Positions 21,708 to 34,235 are shown, numbered from the stretch's first letter. The stretch is DNA of 64,000 bases from Minutocellus sp. GHC0000111 (GCA_977018835.1 OZ361260.1:2480001-2544000), one strand, 5' to 3'. Numbers and translations are program-made. The notes: generated from the letters alone by a model not told the origin.

Positions 21708-23012
21708 CTATTTGGAATTCTTCAATGCCTCCTCCGAAGTCTTGGCCCAGATGCGGCATGCCATTAAACAGCTAATCGTCTTGGCCGGTAGGTCCCGCTC
21801 CTTCCTCCAACGTTTCATCTGCTTGCACAGCTTCTGCCGCCTCTCGACATCCTTCTCGACATTCACCAACGCCTGCGCCGTGGTGATGCCCTCCGAAGCC
21901 AGAAATTCCACCTGCCACGGACGCAGTATCGTCTTGAGCGATGTGGGATCTGCGGCGGCTGCATCGTCATCACCACCGTCCGCTGCTGCCGCTGTCGCTG
22001 CCGCCAACTCGGCCCGGCACTTGGGACAGCTGCAGGCGGCGGGGAGGAAGAACTCCATCTGATCGCGCTGCTGGGCGAACACCGGGGAGGAGAAGAGGCA
22101 GGGCATGGCGGATCCGCCGGTCCCCGTGGTCTCCGTGGCGCGCATCATGGTCGCTGCAGTCGTTTTGATAGGAGGGTCCTGAGAGGACGGACGAGTTGGT
22201 TTCGGGGAAGCAATGGGGACTGCTGCAGGAACCTCGACGGCTTTCTCTTCGGCAATCGACGCTTCATTGTTATCACTTTCTTCTACCAATGGTGGTTCCG
22301 CCTCACTCTCCTCGGGCTTGTCATCTACATTCTTCGTCTCTTCTTTGTCGTTTTCTGTGTCTTCTTTGGTATTATTGTCTTTTTCCTCGGCTTCAGCTTC
22401 AACCTTGTCGTCGGCCTCTTCCTTGGCATCGCCCTCGGTATCGGCAGCCTCATTCGTCGCCTCTTCATCCTTTGTATCTAGCTCTACAACTTCTTCCACC
22501 ACGTCTTCATTCTCCGCTACTACATCACCATTGTTGGTGTCGTCCTCGGCAGTATTGTTCAGTTGGGTGGCACTACTACTCCGAGCAGCACTCCGAGGAC
22601 TCCCCTGCTTGTTGATCTGGTTCTTCTCGTTCTTCAATCGATTCCGCTCGGCCTGCTCGTTCAGCCACCGCTTGCGCTCGGCCACGACGCTGGCGTGGCT
22701 GGTACCCGCGGTGTCCATGCCCTTTTCTTCCAAATGCTTGCGGAAGGCCTCCTCCTCCATCCAGCGCTTCCGATCGGACACGCTGGTGGATGATTCCAGA
22801 CCAATGTCGCGCTTGGAGGGGGTGTTGGCGCTGTCCTTGTTGAAGGCATTTTGGAGCCATGCTACGCGGTCGGCTACGGAACCCTTCTTCTTGTTGGGAG
22901 TTGCGACGGGGTTGCTGCTAGAAGTAGTAGCATTATCAGCCGAGGTGTCGAGTGCGGCGGCGGAAGCGGCAGCACTCGGAGTTTGTTCCTCGGAGGTGCT
23001 TGTTTCTGCCAT
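21708..23012 (-). CDS. Hypothetical protein (acidic low-complexity region, SVxxRxxW repeats, C-terminal CxCxxC domain)
   Basis: Long ORF. Three copies of S/V-x-[DE]-R-x-x-W. C-terminal ILRPWQVEFL..GI domain. Confidence 0.7.
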   Translation of the reverse strand: MAETSTSEEQTPSAAASAAALDTSADNATTSSSNPVATPNKKKGSVADRVAWLQNAFNKDSANTPSKRDIGLESSTSVSDRKRWMEEEAFRKHLEEKGMDTAGTSHASVVAERKRWLNEQAERNRLKNEKNQINKQGSPRSAARSSSATQLNNTAEDDTNNGDVVAENEDVVEEVVELDTKDEEATNEAADTEGDAKEEADDKVEAEAEEKDNNTKEDTENDKEETKNVDDKPEESEAEPPLVEESDNNEASIAEEKAVEVPAAVPIASPKPTRPSSQDPPIKTTAATMMRATETTGTGGSAMPCLFSSPVFAQQRDQMEFFLPAACSCPKCRAELAAATAAAADGGDDDAAAADPTSLKTILRPWQVEFLASEGITTAQALVNVEKDVERRQKLCKQMKRWRKERDLPAKTISCLMACRIWAKTSEEALKNSK

Positions 23013-23343
23013 TGTATTATTTATTTGACCAAGCAAGAAGGAATACAAAAAGATATTGTACAGCCGGAATGCCGTCTAGGAAGCGTTTCGGCAAAAAGAT
23101 TGAGGTACTAGCTAGTTAGCACGCCTTTGCCGCCTCGGGTACTGCTTTTGGCTCGCAACGGAGCTACTCTTCGATACTTGCGAATGATGATGATGTGTTC
23201 CATCGCGAGAATTCCAAGCAAAACGGCCTGTCCGTCGCCCTCGGCCTCAATTTTCAGCCAATCATGCGCGAGGCCAAAGTAGGATAGTTGCATAGTTGGA
23301 GTGGACAGCAAAGAGTAAGAAGTAGTCCAATAGACCCAACGAA

Positions 23344-24180
23344 ATGGCCAAGTCCAAGAGAAAGAGAAGCCTCTCCAATGCCTCCGACGAGGAAGAGGAA
23401 CATGAGGACCAGAACGATGAAAGTGAAATGAAAAAGATGGACAATTCTGAAGATGAAGATCACGACGACGATGATGAGCTGAGCAACAATGAGGAGGAGG
23501 CAACAACTAAGAAGAAGAAGAAAGTTCGCAAGCTATCACTCAAAAAGACGGAGGATTTCAACGCCAAGCTGAGGAAGCGCGGGGTCTTATACATAGCCCG
23601 CATTCCACCTCGGATGGGACCCGCCAAAATCAAAACCCTGCTGTCCGAATTCGGCGTCGTCACGCGCGTCTACCTCGTCGAAGAAGATCGGGCGGCGCGC
23701 AAACGCCGTCGCAAGTTGGCCGGAGGAGGCGGCGCCGGTGGCAAGCGCTACACGGAGGGGTGTGTCGAGTTCGAGAACAAGAAGGACGATCGGCTCATCG
23801 GTGAGCGGCTCAACAACACCCCCATCACCAACCACAAGCGCAGCGTCCACTACGGCGATCTGTGGAACGTCAAGTATCTGCGCAAGTTCAAGTGGGAGCA
23901 CCTGACCGAGAAGGTGGCGTACGAGAGGCGCATCCGCGAGCAGAAGATGCGCATCGAGCTGATGCAGGCCCGGAGGGAGAATGCCGCGTACGCCGAGAAG
24001 GTCGAGCAGGGTATGGTGCTGGATCGGATCGAGGAGCGAAGGAAGAAGAGGGGCAAGAGCGATATGAACAGCACGAAGGACGGCAGCAAGAAGAAGGAAC
24101 GCAGATTCCGCCAGACCAGCACCATGGAGGAAAGTACGAGCGGTCCAGCGAAGAAGGCTGTTCTCGGTTCTTTGGTTTGA
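23344..24180 (+). CDS. ESF2: Pre-rRNA-processing protein ESF2/ABT1
   Basis: [12 protein letters not shown]...FG.V.RVYL..ED...YTEG(C)VEF...[18 protein letters not shown]. Confidence 0.92.
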   Translation: MAKSKRKRSLSNASDEEEEHEDQNDESEMKKMDNSEDEDHDDDDELSNNEEEATTKKKKKVRKLSLKKTEDFNAKLRKRGVLYIARIPPRMGPAKIKTLLSEFGVVTRVYLVEEDRAARKRRRKLAGGGGAGGKRYTEGCVEFENKKDDRLIGERLNNTPITNHKRSVHYGDLWNVKYLRKFKWEHLTEKVAYERRIREQKMRIELMQARRENAAYAEKVEQGMVLDRIEERRKKRGKSDMNSTKDGSKKKERRFRQTSTMEESTSGPAKKAVLGSLV

Positions 24181-24322
24181 GCGAGAGCACTACCAGTAAT
24201 ATTGACATATTGCTATGTGTAGAAGTATTTATGCATCATTTTTCCGGCAGACCTTGATTGTATTGTAACATGCACTTTGTTATCTCTACTATACTTTATA
24301 CGGTACATAACGCTCGATGGCA

Positions 24323-25123
24323 TCAACATATGATGCAGGCATTGTCGGCCTTCTCGTTGGCCTTTTGCACCTGGTTCAAACCCGCCTGCGCATTCTTGTT
24401 GGCATCCTCCATGTGATTTTCCACGGCGTCAATGTCATCCTGCTGATCTCCGACAATGTGGGCAAGGTCCTTGTAGATCTCGTTGACGGTGTGCATCCCC
24501 TTGTTGATGTTGCGGATCTCCTCCTCGCGTTCCCGGATAATTTCTTCCGCCAGCTTATCCTCCTGCATCTGGAGCTGCATCCTTCTGGCCTCCTCCTGGG
24601 CATCGCCGGCGTACTTCTTCCGTTCCTCCTCTTCGAGTGCTTCCTTCCTCCGGGCCTCGGCCAGTCCCTTCCGTCGCTTGATGTCCATTTGAATGTTTTT
24701 GAATATGGTTTCCACCCGCCGATAATCGCGGGTGAGCTTGGCATGCGTCGCCCGGGCCTGGGCCGCGGTGGGCCCGCCGCCGCCGCCGCCGTGAGAGGCC
24801 AGAGTCCGTTCCGACGCCAGCAGTTTGGTTTCGATCTTCTGTCCGAGTTCCGACATCACGTCGGTCTGCAACCGGAGTTGGGTCTGCGTGGCGGCCGTTT
24901 CCTGCGGCGTCCCGGCCATTGCCGCCAACTTCTGCAGCATGTCGACGTGCCGACGGTAGGCCAGTATGTCATCGGAGAGGGCCGAATAGCCCATCCCCGT
25001 GACGCTCTCCACCTGCTGTTCTTCCAATATCGTGCTGGGCGGACCCTGGTAGCTTTGAAGGAGACCGCGCTTCTCTCCCGGCTTGCGAGGCGCCGTGGAC
25101 GGCTTGACGTCCTGGAAGCTCAT
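24323..25123 (-). CDS. Syntaxin (Qa-SNARE, STX7/12/SYP2-like) lacking a TM anchor and ending in CIIC
   Basis: MSFQD N-peptide, AKLTRDY, and SNARE motif IIREREEEIRNINKGMHTVNEIYKDLAHIVGDQQDDIDAVE. Confidence 0.88.
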   Translation of the reverse strand: MSFQDVKPSTAPRKPGEKRGLLQSYQGPPSTILEEQQVESVTGMGYSALSDDILAYRRHVDMLQKLAAMAGTPQETAATQTQLRLQTDVMSELGQKIETKLLASERTLASHGGGGGGPTAAQARATHAKLTRDYRRVETIFKNIQMDIKRRKGLAEARRKEALEEEERKKYAGDAQEEARRMQLQMQEDKLAEEIIREREEEIRNINKGMHTVNEIYKDLAHIVGDQQDDIDAVENHMEDANKNAQAGLNQVQKANEKADNACIIC

Positions 25124-25275
25124 GATGTTTCGTGGTATGAGGTCGCCGTTATTTATGCATCAACGATCGCATCAGATCGCCATTGTTCTCAAATGGAGTG
25201 GATTACTTCCGTTCTGCAGTTCTGCGGACTTTCGATTTTACCCCCAGTTACGTCATAAAATATCGTAGTTTCTGA

Positions 25276-25283
25276 TGACGTGG
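25276..25283 (+). promoter_or_regulatory. TGACGTGG bZIP/UPRE-like site in the divergent syntaxin/PPR promoter
   Basis: Exact TGACGTGG with nearby TTACGTCA and CCACG. Function is inferred only. Confidence 0.3.
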
Positions 25284-25493
25284 CTATTCCACGCAATAAT
25301 TTTCTCCTCAAGAACCACTTTTGATCGCCTTTCTCTGCGTCAGTCGACCCGCCAACATCAGCACATCGCTCTGCCTCATCAGCTCATCAGCTGAGTCGAT
25401 CAACCATCTTGACGACGTCGTTATCGTGCCCCCGCATCAAAGCGCAAAATTCGTGCGTGTTCTTTTCACATCTTGCCTGAAATATACAATAGC

Positions 25494-28183
25494 ATGAAGC
25501 TCGGTAGCACGGCCGCGCTGTCGCTGGCCCTCGCCGCCGGCGTCAGTGGCTTCGTTCCCTCCCTGGACCGACATGCGGCCATCGGTGGCCACCGAGGAAC
25601 ACGGACCTCGAGGTCGGATGGAGGTCATCTGTCGGTGGCGGCCGCGCCCGTGGACGAGGCCGCGACGACGGCGTCCTCCTCCGATGACCAGCAGATCGAA
25701 ATTACCGACGTCAACTCGGTCAAGGCCCTCAGCTTCCGGCAGCTGCAAAAGGCGTGCGTGGCCCGGGGCCTGCCGGCGGTGGGCAACACCGCCGCGCTCC
25801 GATCGAGGCTGCTGGAGAGCGCCGGCCTGCCCGACGTTTCGGCGCCATCGGCACCGGCCTCGGCCGTGAATGGATCGGACGACGAGGTGAGTCTACGTGC
25901 AGCAACGAAGGCGAAGGAGCAGGTGGCTATGACCAACTGACGAGACGCATACAAGTCAGTGATGATGACCCGCATCTGGAGAACATTTTCATTGGAATGG
26001 ATGTGCCCATGAGAAATTCCAAAAAAACATGACGCTGCGGAGATTCCTGCAATCACACGCAAGCATATGCTGCTCGCATGCGTTTCAAGGGATTGGGGGG
26101 GCACATACACGTTAGAGTGGCAACACGTGATGTGCTACGTTTTGTGTATTCCAACCATATTGTTCTCTCATTTTTATTTTCTCATCACACCATTCCACCT
26201 TCACATCTTCTCTCTTCCTCGACAGTGCGTTCCGGATGATATCGAATTCTGCGACGAGGGAGATCCCGACTTTGAATACAAGTCCCTTGTCAAGGAGGCC
26301 AACGAGCTGGCGTCTCTTGGGAAGTGGAAGACGGCGACCCGTCGTCTCAAGAAGCTGAAGAAGCGATACGTCACCCCCGAGAAGCGCATCCCCCAGGAAA
26401 CATACATTGCCGTCCTCGAGGCGTGCGCCGCCAATCGTCTCCACGGAGCCCGTGCCTCCGAGCCCGCTCGTAAGATTTTGGAGGACATGTCCGAGGAGGG
26501 ATATTCCATTCCCTCCGGTCTGGGCAACGGCTGCATCGTCAGTGCTCTGGGAAATGGTCCCGGTGCCACCCACGATGGATTTGGTGGCGTCGACTGTGCC
26601 CTGGCCATGTTGGCTGCTCTTGAGAATTCTCCCGAGGGATCCTCTATGCTCACCGTCGACACCTATGGCAAGGTTGTAAGTGCCCTCAGCTCGGATGGAG
26701 CTGTCGATGAGGCCCTCCTTCTGCTCCGTGCCATGGTCGTGGAGCATTCCTTTACTCCCAATCTCGGTACCTTTGATGACGTTGCCAAGGCTGCCTCCAA
26801 GGATGGTAGCTTGGCTGAGAGCGTCTTGCAGGTCCTTACTCTCACCAAGGCGGCCGGATACGAATTGGACACTATCGCCAGTGCCGAGGCTGGCCAATCT
26901 CTTCTTGCCAGTGGACTTATTGCCGCCAACCAGATGGACAACGTAGCCCTTGGCCTCCGTTTGCTCACTGCCGCTGCCAAGGCGGAGGGTTGTGCTCCGG
27001 ACCGAGGTGATGATCTTGTCTGTTCGTCTTCGTCTGCCGCGCAAAGGGCCGCAACGCTCATTCACAAGGCTGCCATCAACAAGGCTGTCGAGGACGGTGG
27101 CTGGAAGCTTGCCGTGAAGATTCTGGAACTCATGTCGGAGCGATCACTGACCCCGGCGATGAGCGTGTGGCGAAAGGTCGTCACCTGCTGTGCCAAGGCC
27201 GAGAAGAGCCGAAAGGCCACCGCCCTGCTTTTGGATTGGGTAAGTTGATTATCGTGTCAATTATCGAAACATCGTTGGGGTTATAATATGCTTTGCTTTA
27301 TCTAACATCTCGCCTCCATTATTTTTTTGTCATTCACCTTGTAACAGGTCCAACTCTCCAAGGACGGCAAAGCTGAGAACCCTCCGCTATCTGTATTCAA
27401 TACTGTCGTGAATGCCTGTGAAATTTGTGGAGAGGAAGATCTCACCGTCAAGGTTCTTGATACCATGAAGGAGACTCACGACACTGAAGGAAATATCATC
27501 ACAACGAATATTGCTCTAAAGCGATTGGCCAAACTTGGGGCCGAAACGGGTTGCGAGGGTATTATCATTGGTATGCTTCAGTCCGGAATGGAGCCCAACG
27601 TTGTTTCTTACACCACCGCCATCCCGCCATCGGTGCCTGTGCAACAGAGCCGAAGAATCCTTCTCAAGCATACGAATGGCTCAAGAGAATGCGCTCACGA
27701 AATGTCAAGCCCAACTTCAAGACGTACAATACGGCACTCTCGGCCTGCTTAGATGGGAAACTGGAGAGCACTGTTATTGGATCCAAGATTGCTACAGAGA
27801 TGCTTACCGACATCGAAGAGGAGCTTCGAGAAGGCATCAAGGGACCGGCTGAAATGTACTCGGATCTTCCTGATTCCTACACCAAGGTCTTGGCTCGTGA
27901 CCTCATGAAGCAGCTGCGAGAAAACTGGCGAAGTGGAGACATCAATATGGCAGTGGCCAAGGCAACACTCCGAGTGCCACTTTTGAAGCTTGTTGACTTT
28001 GACAAGTCGGAGGCACTCGAGCAGATAAAGCAGGGACGAGAGGCCAAAAAGACCGCCGAGAAGGCTGCCAAGGCCTCTGACGAAGACGACGATGATGAAA
28101 AGACCGACCAAGATGAGATCGATCTTGAATACAGCTGTGTTGTCGACCTCCACAAGGATGGTCGCCGCTTTATTGAGGTATAG
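25494..28183 (+). CDS. Plastid-targeted SAP-domain plus pentatricopeptide-repeat protein (exons 25494-25886, 26226-27239, 27348-28183); frameshifted at about 27624
   Basis: Signal plus VSG-F presequence. SAP motif LSFRQLQKAC.ARGL...GN...LRSRL. PPR motifs PNVVSYTTAI and PNFKTYNTALSAC. GT-AG introns. The 8-bp duplication CCGCCATC breaks the frame. Confidence 0.85.
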
Positions 28184-28460
28184 TGAGGCACACTCTACCC
28201 TTCATCGGATAGCTTTTGAGTTACCATCCCACATTTTTCCTTTAAACGCTACGCACGCTAGTCCTTGCCGGGCTCGCCAATACATACATACTGTTTAATA
28301 TAAAGATGTTTCTTCTACTCTTGTAGTTCCTACTTACTTGGGCGATTTTAGTTTATTGTGAGTTGTAAGGCCGTTGCATTTTGTGCTAGAACGCGACACT
28401 TCATTTCTAATTTGGCTAACTTGCAAAACGGCTCTAGTAGCTACGTAGCTCTAGCTAGAT

Positions 28461-30044
28461 CTAGGGCGAAACAGCTACGTCGACATTCACCTCCTCAAGA
28501 ACTTCCTCGACAAGCTGCTTGGTCTTCTTCTTTCCCATCATATTTGTACTGTGGGGGTCGTCATCAACAACATCAACAGCTCCTACTTCTAACAAACATT
28601 CGGCAACAGGATTTGGTGGCGGGTAGCTTTCGACCATCTTGAGGAGGAGGTCGGGGCGGTTCACGCACATCGCCTGGACTCCTGTGTTCAAGATACAGTT
28701 ATACATACTCTCGTCCTCATTGAATACGTCCATATACTTGAGTGTTCCGTCCTTGCGCATGGCCTTAGGGCCGCCACACCATGCCAAAGATCGCATGCCG
28801 GCGTCGTGAATGGCTTGAACGCGGCTAGATGTGACAGCGTCGTACCGGATTTGGACTTCTTCAGCCTCGATACGTTGGGCTCGCTTGATAAAGTCTTCGG
28901 GAACGCGAAGAAACAGTAGGGCGACCTTATATTTGTAACGCCCGTCGTCGTTTCTTTCAGGACGGAGCTGGTGGATTTTCTCCAACCTTTCTTCTTCGAA
29001 GCTAACAAAGATCACCTGGTCGACCATATCGAGCTCGTCGACCAATTCCAAGGTCGGCTCTTCCGTTCCGGGGCCTTTCAACTCCATGTACACGGTAGTT
29101 CCGTGCTTCTTGAATAGTGCCAGCGCCTCCCTCATCTCGGGGATCTGAGCGTCCTCGGTCTTTTCCTTGGGGCACTGAAACAAGACATCGGCATCGGGAT
29201 TAAGTCCACGGTCGGCGACCTCATCGTAGGTATAGTCGTGGATGTTTTTGCCTTCCTCGCCACAATACTCATCAATGTTTCCAGCAGCGTCGTCTGCATG
29301 GAAGGCGATGACAGTACCACAGTCCACAACGAACGCGTCGGTTTCGATACCATCACAACCCAAATCTATGGCTCGCTGGAAGCTGGGTATAGTATTTTCG
29401 GCCTCTGAGTTTGGGGGGAAAGATGGAACGAACAGATAATCAAGAACCGCGAGAGAGAAATCGAGACCAAAATCAGGTTAGATTTTTGCCAGGTGAGGTT
29501 GGGAGCAAGACCAATCAAGTCAAGTGTAGACTTGTTGCGGAGTAAGAGACAAATGCAAATTCAATAATCTCTCAACGAGGGGTGACTTGATGATAACACA
29601 CGTATGTATGCACATGTCATCAAATCAAACCGCCCCATTATCTACTGCACGTAGACTGAGAGATTAGAGCATCAACATGCCTTCATAGATGGATCCACGG
29701 TGGCCGATGACGATGGGCCTCGTCCGCGGAAGCTTGTACGGAGGTGGCTCGACGTCCAGCTTGTGGGCGAGGGATTTGGCCGCCATGGCATCCTGAATTA
29801 GCTCGGCTTCGGGATGGACGTCGGAAATGCCGATGCCAATGTCTCCTGCCGTGGAAGAATTGACGGTGCATGTGGTCGACGTGGTGGTCGATGTGACGTC
29901 GCTGGTGGATACGGATACGGCGTCAGGTGCGATGTCTGCCTTCATCTTGGCGATCGAAGAGGTTGGATCAAAGGGAGAAATCTTGGTTGGATCGGGCCCG
30001 ACAACCCTTGAGGCACTCGTTGCAGACACATGCACTTTGACCAT
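28461..30044 (-). CDS. Glycerophosphodiester phosphodiesterase (GDPD); exons 30044-29681 and 29404-28461
   Basis: IGHRGSIYE|EAENTIPSF..A..LGCDGIETD...FH..D...YMELKG...VSF. The in-frame join requires a GC-AG intron. Confidence 0.85.
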
Positions 30045-30500
30045 GTTGATGAGTTCTATATTTCTTGGTAATGTCGTTCGCTACTTTGAAGAGAGCAGAG
30101 GAATATTTATGATACTTTTTTCGAGAGAGGAATGGGAATGAAAATGCGTCGAGGCGTCAATCCGAACGGTACGGTCCACTGCGGCCAGGCCATGACCAGC
30201 ATTAGCACAGACTGCTGCAGACCGCGGGCCACGTCGCTCTTTCTCGGCCGCAACATGCTGCTGCCCAAGACTTCGGATGCCATTGTTGCGGCCCACAGCT
30301 CGTCGGCGAGATCTTTGTCGGCGAGGTTTTGATCCCGGCGCGAGCCTGACCGCCAAATCTGCAGGCCGGCTGGCTCGCACCAAACTCATGCGGCCGGCAC
30401 TTGCTTCGTTTTCACATGCGGACCAGAATGAGGGAGATTCTTCTCGTGCTTCTTTGGAAGTACGCACTTTTCCAACATTGCTTACTGCTCTTTCGGCACC

Positions 30501-32321
30501 ATGGAATCCTCCTCCACGCCCTCCCCACCGTCGTCTCCGTCGTCGCCTACAATCAGCACGTCGCCGCCAGCTGGCCTAGACCCCATCCTCAGCCAGGCGG
30601 CCGTATCCATCCAGCAGGTCGAAGAGAACGATGCCCTCCTCCAAGTTACCGATCAGATTGCTCTGGAGACGGTCGCCGTCGCGGTTCCCACCGAGTTCGT
30701 CGAGCGGCTCAACGAGGAGCTGGCCAAGATCGGCGCCGAGGACGACGACAAAAGTAGCAGTGCTTCGCGTGCTGCCCATCGTCGCGGCTGGTCTCTTGCT
30801 TCGGAAGATTTGATTGTCGATGCAGTCGTGAAGGCCGATGACGATGCTGCACTTGTAGACGCCGATGCTACCGCAGGTGGTGTTCGATCTCGTGGATGTT
30901 CCATCGATTACGGCAGTATCCAGGGCGCGCTCCTTCCTACTTCTGCCGATACCGGCACAGCTGCTGCCGCAGATGCCGGCCATAACTCAGCCATCATAAT
31001 TGATCTGCAAGCGTCGACATTGGACTTTGTCAATGCCATCACAGAGCCCAGCGTCGATCCCAACACCATTCTGCCGCCTTCGACCGCCGAGGAGATCCTG
31101 CAGGAGTCCGACATCAACGTCAAGACCGATCTGGACGAGCCCGATGTGGCCACCGCGACGGCTGTCCTGGCGGCTCCGCTCGGCGGAACGGCCGTGGTGG
31201 CCGAGATTATCAGCGGGGAGGTGGCCGAGCAGGTGGACATTGTCGAAAATGCCGTCGTGTCCAAGGCTGGCGATGCCACGCTGATCCAGGCGGCCGCTGC
31301 TGCCATCCAAACGAGTGTCGCAGATGCTGTCCTGCCCAGTGTGGAGGAGGGACAGCTTGCAGTACCACCCGAATCCGAGGCTGTGGCCGTTCCACCGGGA
31401 CAGCAGCCAGTTTCGTTCATTCTGGCGCGCCATCCAGTATGGATTGCCAAGGGAGGATACCCGACAGCCGAAGAGATCGACGAGAGCATCCACCATCTCG
31501 ACAACTTGATCAAGGCCCTGAAGAACGTGCAGAAGGAGCTGTACGAAGAGGGCCTGAGTCCTGGCTTCGAGACCAAGGGCTCTACCAAGCCATGGCTGAG
31601 CAAGCAAACCTCCCGCGTTTACCAGACTTTGCCCAGCGTCAATGCCCATTCGGCCACCGGTCCGGCCATTCCCGTCCCCAGTCCAGCAGCCGCAGTGCGA
31701 TACTACCAGAGCATCCGCGAGACCTGTGTCGAAAGGAAGCGCTACGTCGAGGCCGTGACCCGCGCCAAGGAAGATGGCGATGCCTTTTGCTCCTGCATTC
31801 GAGATTGGCAGCATACTCAGGGAGACGTTCTCGCCAAATTGAGCAACCAAAGCCTGGAACAGGATATGATCCGCGAGGCCAGCGATGCGGTGACCGTCCG
31901 CATGTCCCAGCCCGGATGCATGCGAGGAGAGGCCTGGGATCGTCTGTACCAGCCGGAAAGCTGCCCCACACCGGAAAGTCAGGGTCATCTCTACACGCCC
32001 AAGACGGCCATTCGTGTCATCGGAGGCAGGGATGATTACATTGCCACGCTTACCTCCCTCGCTTTGAGTGCCGAGTCAACGGTAGAAATTGCCACCTGCT
32101 ATCTGTTTCCTCACGATCCCGCCCAGAGATACTTACTCCTCGATCTTCTCCCCTACGTCGCGCGAAAGGGTGTTACCGTCCGTCTTCTTTGTGACATGAT
32201 GCCCGTGGAGAGTTCCATCCTCAAGAGTGCCCTCAAGGCCCGCGAAAAGCTCGTCAAAGATGCCATTGGAGGAGCAGAGACGGAGAAGAAGTCCCGATCT
32301 GGCATATCCCCCACGTCGTAA
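30501..32321 (+). pseudogene. Apparently truncated phospholipase D/cardiolipin-synthase-superfamily protein
   Basis: IRVIGGRDDY...AESTVEIATCYLF..D....LL...ARKGVTVRLLCD is the start of a PLD domain. The ORF ends before any HxKxxxxD motif, about 200 bp from the convergent gene. Confidence 0.55.
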
Positions 32322-32525
32322 GGGGCAGCGGCCAGACGGCCGGTTGGCGATGAATGCTGATCGTGAGATCGTGAGTGTGATGTGAAACGACAAGAGATTT
32401 CTATGGCCAATAAATCAAGAGCAAGAGCAAAGGAGAGTACCGGTACACTAGATTCTAAATGTCTCAAAAGATTAAGATCGCCTTCGTGTACATATGTGTA
32501 CCGATATGTGTGTACATGTACAATC

Positions 32526-34235
32526 TTATCTATTCCTCCTCAGAAGAGCAACGAAGAATCCACCCGTGTCTTGAGCCTGGGGCAACAACCGAGAGCACAA
32601 TTCCAAACGCATGCCCTCGACATCATCTTTGTTTGCCCACATGCTCCTCTCGGCTTGCTCCATACCACCTTCCCTGGCATCCTGATAGGAAGAATAATAT
32701 TTTAGCTTGCCAAAGTCGTCTCCTGTATCATCTTCGCTATCGTCCCCGGCGTTATCATCAGTGCGGTCCTCCTCATAGGTGGCAATTTTCCAATCGCTGA
32801 CTCCTGCTTGTCTCTGGAACTTTGGAAGCAAAGAAGTCGGCCATTCCACCAACTCCACAGCGGGACTCTCTTCGTCATCATCTTCAGAAGTACCATCACC
32901 ATCTTTATTCCTGTTATTGAGCCTTCGAAGCGCTGCAGACACAACCGCCTCGTCTTCAACTGGGTTGAGGCTGCATGTACTGTAGCAGACAATACCACCC
33001 ACTTTGATCAGCTCCAATGCCCTGATCAATATCTTGAGCTGCAGTCCATGCAGTGCATTTCCAGTCGCTGGAGTCCACATGGGCAAAATAAACTTATCCT
33101 TTCTGATTGTTCCATCTCCAGAACACGGCACGTCACAAATAATTGCATCAAACAGCTTGCCCGATCTTGGCGAAGGGAATTGGCTGGCATCAAAATTGGT
33201 GTAGGTGATACGAGTGGTGAGGTCGGCGTCCAAACCAGATCGACCAACGGCATCACGGAGGGAATCCAACCGACCGGCGTGGACGTCGTTGGCGATGACC
33301 CGCCCTCGCTTCCCAGTTTTGGGGTTGGTGGCCGCGGCAATTTCCAACGCCTGCATCGTCTTACTACCTGGACTTGCGCAGAGATCCAGTACTTTGCACC
33401 CCGGAACGATGGCATTGAGAGCCGACAGTGCCAGCACCGGTAGCATCGATCCCAATTCCTGTCGAGCGAGTGTGCCATTGAGACTACCGTCGACCAGCAA
33501 TTGCTTGAGTTCTGGTGACGTTCGGGACAGATTCACCTTGGAAAGATTCGACTGTGCCGTCGCCTGGTAGATGCTGCAATCTGGATCATATGCAACTGGA
33601 GCTACCAGATCTGAATGTTTCTTGGCCAATTGCTTTGATATAGTGCCTTGATATGTCGACGAGGCATCGGGATTGCGAAGGCGGAATGTCAATGGCAGTG
33701 GTCGCGACAGGGCATGGATATATGGAGCCAGATGCGGATATTTCTTTGATTGAGACTTGTATGCCTGTACCAGCGGGTGAGATTCGTCCGCTTCAGGAAT
33801 GTCTGCGGAACTTTCACCTTCTTCTGGCGGCTGAGGCTCTGATTCTGATGTGCTCGTCTGATGGTGCTGACCCTTCTTTTTCTTGCGTCGCTTGGCAGCT
33901 CTCGACATGCCCTTGCCTCGTTGCTGCCCGCCGCTCTTGGTAGGCGATGCCGAGGTGTTTAAATTACCATCTGTGGCAGTCTTGTCTGCCACCACACCAA
34001 TCGGCTGGCTCCCATAGTACGATACAAAGAGAGAATATCCGGCGCCAGACTTGCGATGCCACAAAGCAAGAGCATTCTGATCTTGCTTGGTAATGTTCTT
34101 GCTCGCCGATGACTTGCGTGCATCCGAGAGGGGATTGTTGGTGCCACCACCACCGCTGCTCTTGGAGGTGGAAGACGCATTGGTAGTGGCATCGATGGCA
34201 CCGTCCCCGTTCCTCTTGCGCTTGCTTTTTCCCAT
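32526..34235 (-). CDS. RsmB/NOP2/NSUN-family RNA (cytosine-5) methyltransferase, NSUN2/Trm4-like
   Basis: RQELGSMLPV, VLDLCASPGSKT, DVPCSGDGT, YSTCSLNPVEDEAVV and DTGGFFVA. Confidence 0.92.
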   Translation of the reverse strand: MGKSKRKRNGDGAIDATTNASSTSKSSGGGGTNNPLSDARKSSASKNITKQDQNALALWHRKSGAGYSLFVSYYGSQPIGVVADKTATDGNLNTSASPTKSGGQQRGKGMSRAAKRRKKKKGQHHQTSTSESEPQPPEEGESSADIPEADESHPLVQAYKSQSKKYPHLAPYIHALSRPLPLTFRLRNPDASSTYQGTISKQLAKKHSDLVAPVAYDPDCSIYQATAQSNLSKVNLSRTSPELKQLLVDGSLNGTLARQELGSMLPVLALSALNAIVPGCKVLDLCASPGSKTMQALEIAAATNPKTGKRGRVIANDVHAGRLDSLRDAVGRSGLDADLTTRITYTNFDASQFPSPRSGKLFDAIICDVPCSGDGTIRKDKFILPMWTPATGNALHGLQLKILIRALELIKVGGIVCYSTCSLNPVEDEAVVSAALRRLNNRNKDGDGTSEDDDEESPAVELVEWPTSLLPKFQRQAGVSDWKIATYEEDRTDDNAGDDSEDDTGDDFGKLKYYSSYQDAREGGMEQAERSMWANKDDVEGMRLELCSRLLPQAQDTGGFFVALLRRNR

